Source of the DNA: a virus | Taxonomy: Duplodnaviria; Caudoviricetes | Virus record (IMG/VR): IMGVR_UViG_3300005805_000115 | Location: 1-53,964 of that record | Direction: 5' to 3' (one strand) | DNA length: 53,964 nucleotides | Part shown: positions 52,658 through 53,964 of the stretch, one piece after another | Layout: each line of letters begins with the position of its first letter | Position numbering within the stretch: position 1 is the stretch's first letter | Translations under genes and position numbers: made by a program | The notes under the pieces: model-generated | What the model saw: only the letters and a program-made list of their open reading frames with translations | What the model was told of the DNA's origin: nothing | The model's database searches: none

Positions 52658-53964
52658 TATAGTTTGCAACTTTCGCAATCGTCTTCCATGGCAATCTCTG
52701 CCATTGGCAGTTCTACCAGTTCAGGATCCTTGGCTTTAGCACCCTGTTTGTTGATTAGACTGTAGTAAAATGTTTTGATGCCCCAATGATGCGACAGCAT
52801 GAGATTGCGGGCAATCAATGTGGTAGGTACTTTTCTTTCGGGGAAATGAGCAGGATTATAAAATGTATTGGTCGAAATCGATTGGTCAACATAGGCCTGC
52901 AACACTGCTGCAGTTTTTAGATATCCCACACAGTCTCGCTGTGACCACATCAACTGATAACGATTTTTCAACTTGTGATATTCAGGCACTACCTGTGTGA
53001 GTGACCCTGCTTTGCTCTCTTTGACCGTGATCAAGCTCATGGGCATTTCAATACCATTGGTTGAATTGATTACCACTGAACTAGACTCCACAGGAGCAAT
53101 GGCCATCAGCGTGGCATTGCGAACACCATGTTGTTTCATTTGGGTGCGCAGTGGTTCCCAGTCTAACTCAGGTTGAAAGTCCGTGAGTTCATTGACCCCG
53201 GTGGCTCGTCGCTCCCATGGGAAGATACCCTGACCATACCAGGTTCGCGCCGAATCTTTACAAGCACCACGTTCACGAGCCAGTTCCACGGTAGCTTCCG
53301 TAAGGTAGTATGCTTGGTGCTCCATCCAACTTTTAACCTCGGCCAAAGCATCCGTATCACCGTATTGGAGTCCGCGGCGGGCATGCCAGTAAGCAAGGTT
53401 AGTAACGCCGATGCCGAGCGGTTGAATTTCGTCGTTGGATAATTTGCTCTGGATTGAGAGGAAGTCTTGGTAGTCAAGGATATTGCACAACGAACGTTGA
53501 AGAATGCGACAAGCACGCCGCATGTCCTCAGGATTCCTGAAGGCACCCCAATTGATTGACCCAAGTGTACAGAGTGCGATACGGCCATTATCGTCGTCCA
53601 GGCGTTTGAACGGTTTTGTAGGTAATAAGATTTCACAGCAAAGATTTGATTGGTAGATGGTGTGATAATCAGGATCAAACGGACCCTGGTTCATTACATT
53701 GTCAATGAACACTAGATAGATACGACCAGTGTCTGTTCGCTCCTTAAGTATACCTGATTTGAATACTTCTTCAGCAGACATAGTTTTTTTCCGGAGGTCA
53801 GATCTAGCTTCATATTTGACATAAAGATTTTCAAATAAAACAGTGTCTCGGTAAAAAGCCTCATAGAGATCAGGTACCTCGTTGGGATCAAAGAAAGTTA
53901 TGTTTTCTCGGTTACGGAATCTTCGCCAGAAGAAACTACTAAGCACAACCCCATAATCCATATG
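52657..53964 (-). CDS. nrdA: class Ia ribonucleotide reductase alpha subunit, 5' part outside window
   Basis: SNLCCEI, ALCTLGSIN, GVRNATLMAIAP, DQSIS, KTFYY, C-terminal CESC. Confidence 0.95.
   Translation of the reverse strand, partial: HMDYGVVLSSFFWRRFRNRENITFFDPNEVPDLYEAFYRDTVLFENLYVKYEARSDLRKKTMSAEEVFKSGILKERTDTGRIYLVFIDNVMNQGPFDPDYHTIYQSNLCCEILLPTKPFKRLDDDNGRIALCTLGSINWGAFRNPEDMRRACRILQRSLCNILDYQDFLSIQSKLSNDEIQPLGIGVTNLAYWHARRGLQYGDTDALAEVKSWMEHQAYYLTEATVELARERGACKDSARTWYGQGIFPWERRATGVNELTDFQPELDWEPLRTQMKQHGVRNATLMAIAPVESSSVVINSTNGIEMPMSLITVKESKAGSLTQVVPEYHKLKNRYQLMWSQRDCVGYLKTAAVLQAYVDQSISTNTFYNPAHFPERKVPTTLIARNLMLSHHWGIKTFYYSLINKQGAKAKDPELVELPMAEIAMEDDCESCKL

Noticed and set aside
177-53678. 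Many antisense or alternate-frame ORFs in the track (e.g. 11747, 32201, 40480, 41793, 49516, 53163)
   Set aside because: They are shadows of well-supported genes, with no motifs or SD.
1-53964. Bacterial chromosome origin suggested by clpXP, nadE, rpsU and csgFG
   Set aside because: PAAR, T4-like hypothetical proteins, TAAATA late promoters, dense small ORFs and lack of bacterial operon context indicate a large phage.
1-53964. Stop-codon reassignment
   Set aside because: Recognisable genes are full length in the standard code, and TAA, TGA and TAG all end genes at expected positions.
1-53964. CRISPR array, tRNA or rRNA genes
   Set aside because: No regularly spaced repeats or cloverleaf/T-loop signatures seen by eye; the recurring repeats are promoters. 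A tRNAscan/Infernal run would be needed to exclude them fully.
51557-53964. Intron, intein or homing endonuclease in the nrd genes
   Set aside because: Visible nrdA and nrdB are uninterrupted and abut through a TAATG overlap.

Overview
This window looks like a fragment of a large T4-like (myovirus-type) dsDNA phage genome. It is gene-dense, mostly minus-strand, and reads in the standard genetic code. I saw no tRNA, rRNA or CRISPR array. The host is probably an aquatic proteobacterium (inference from DUF3563-like, phasin-like and PhaR-box-like signals). Core phage genes are nrdA (partial), nrdB, glutaredoxin, DNA ligase, a PAAR protein, a SleB-type hydrolase and a probable virion protein. Host-takeover genes include two ClpP, ClpX, ClpS, Hsp20, bS21, an ArfA-like peptide, YccA, a Hc1-like histone, NadE, UvsE, a desaturase, an amidinotransferase/oxygenase/UDP-sugar dehydrogenase/glycosyltransferase-like cluster, and a putative restriction-modification pair. 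The strongest candidate for a new system is at 25.5-32.1 kb: CsgF, CsgG, a curlin-repeat protein, a FecR-domain protein with a curlin-like C-terminal strand, two YvrJ-like membrane proteins, a desaturase and a convergent CHASE2 adenylate/guanylate cyclase. A stand-alone paralogue of the cyclase tail and two metallophosphoesterases lie elsewhere in the window. Also notable are a tandem array of small paralogues ending in F-x-L-[RK]-W, repeated sigma70-type early promoter cassettes with an 18-bp palindromic operator, TAAATA late promoters, an SD-sequestering hairpin before csgF, a ROSE-like thermometer before hsp20, and PhaR-like boxes. All family calls come from motif recognition by eye; no database searches were run.
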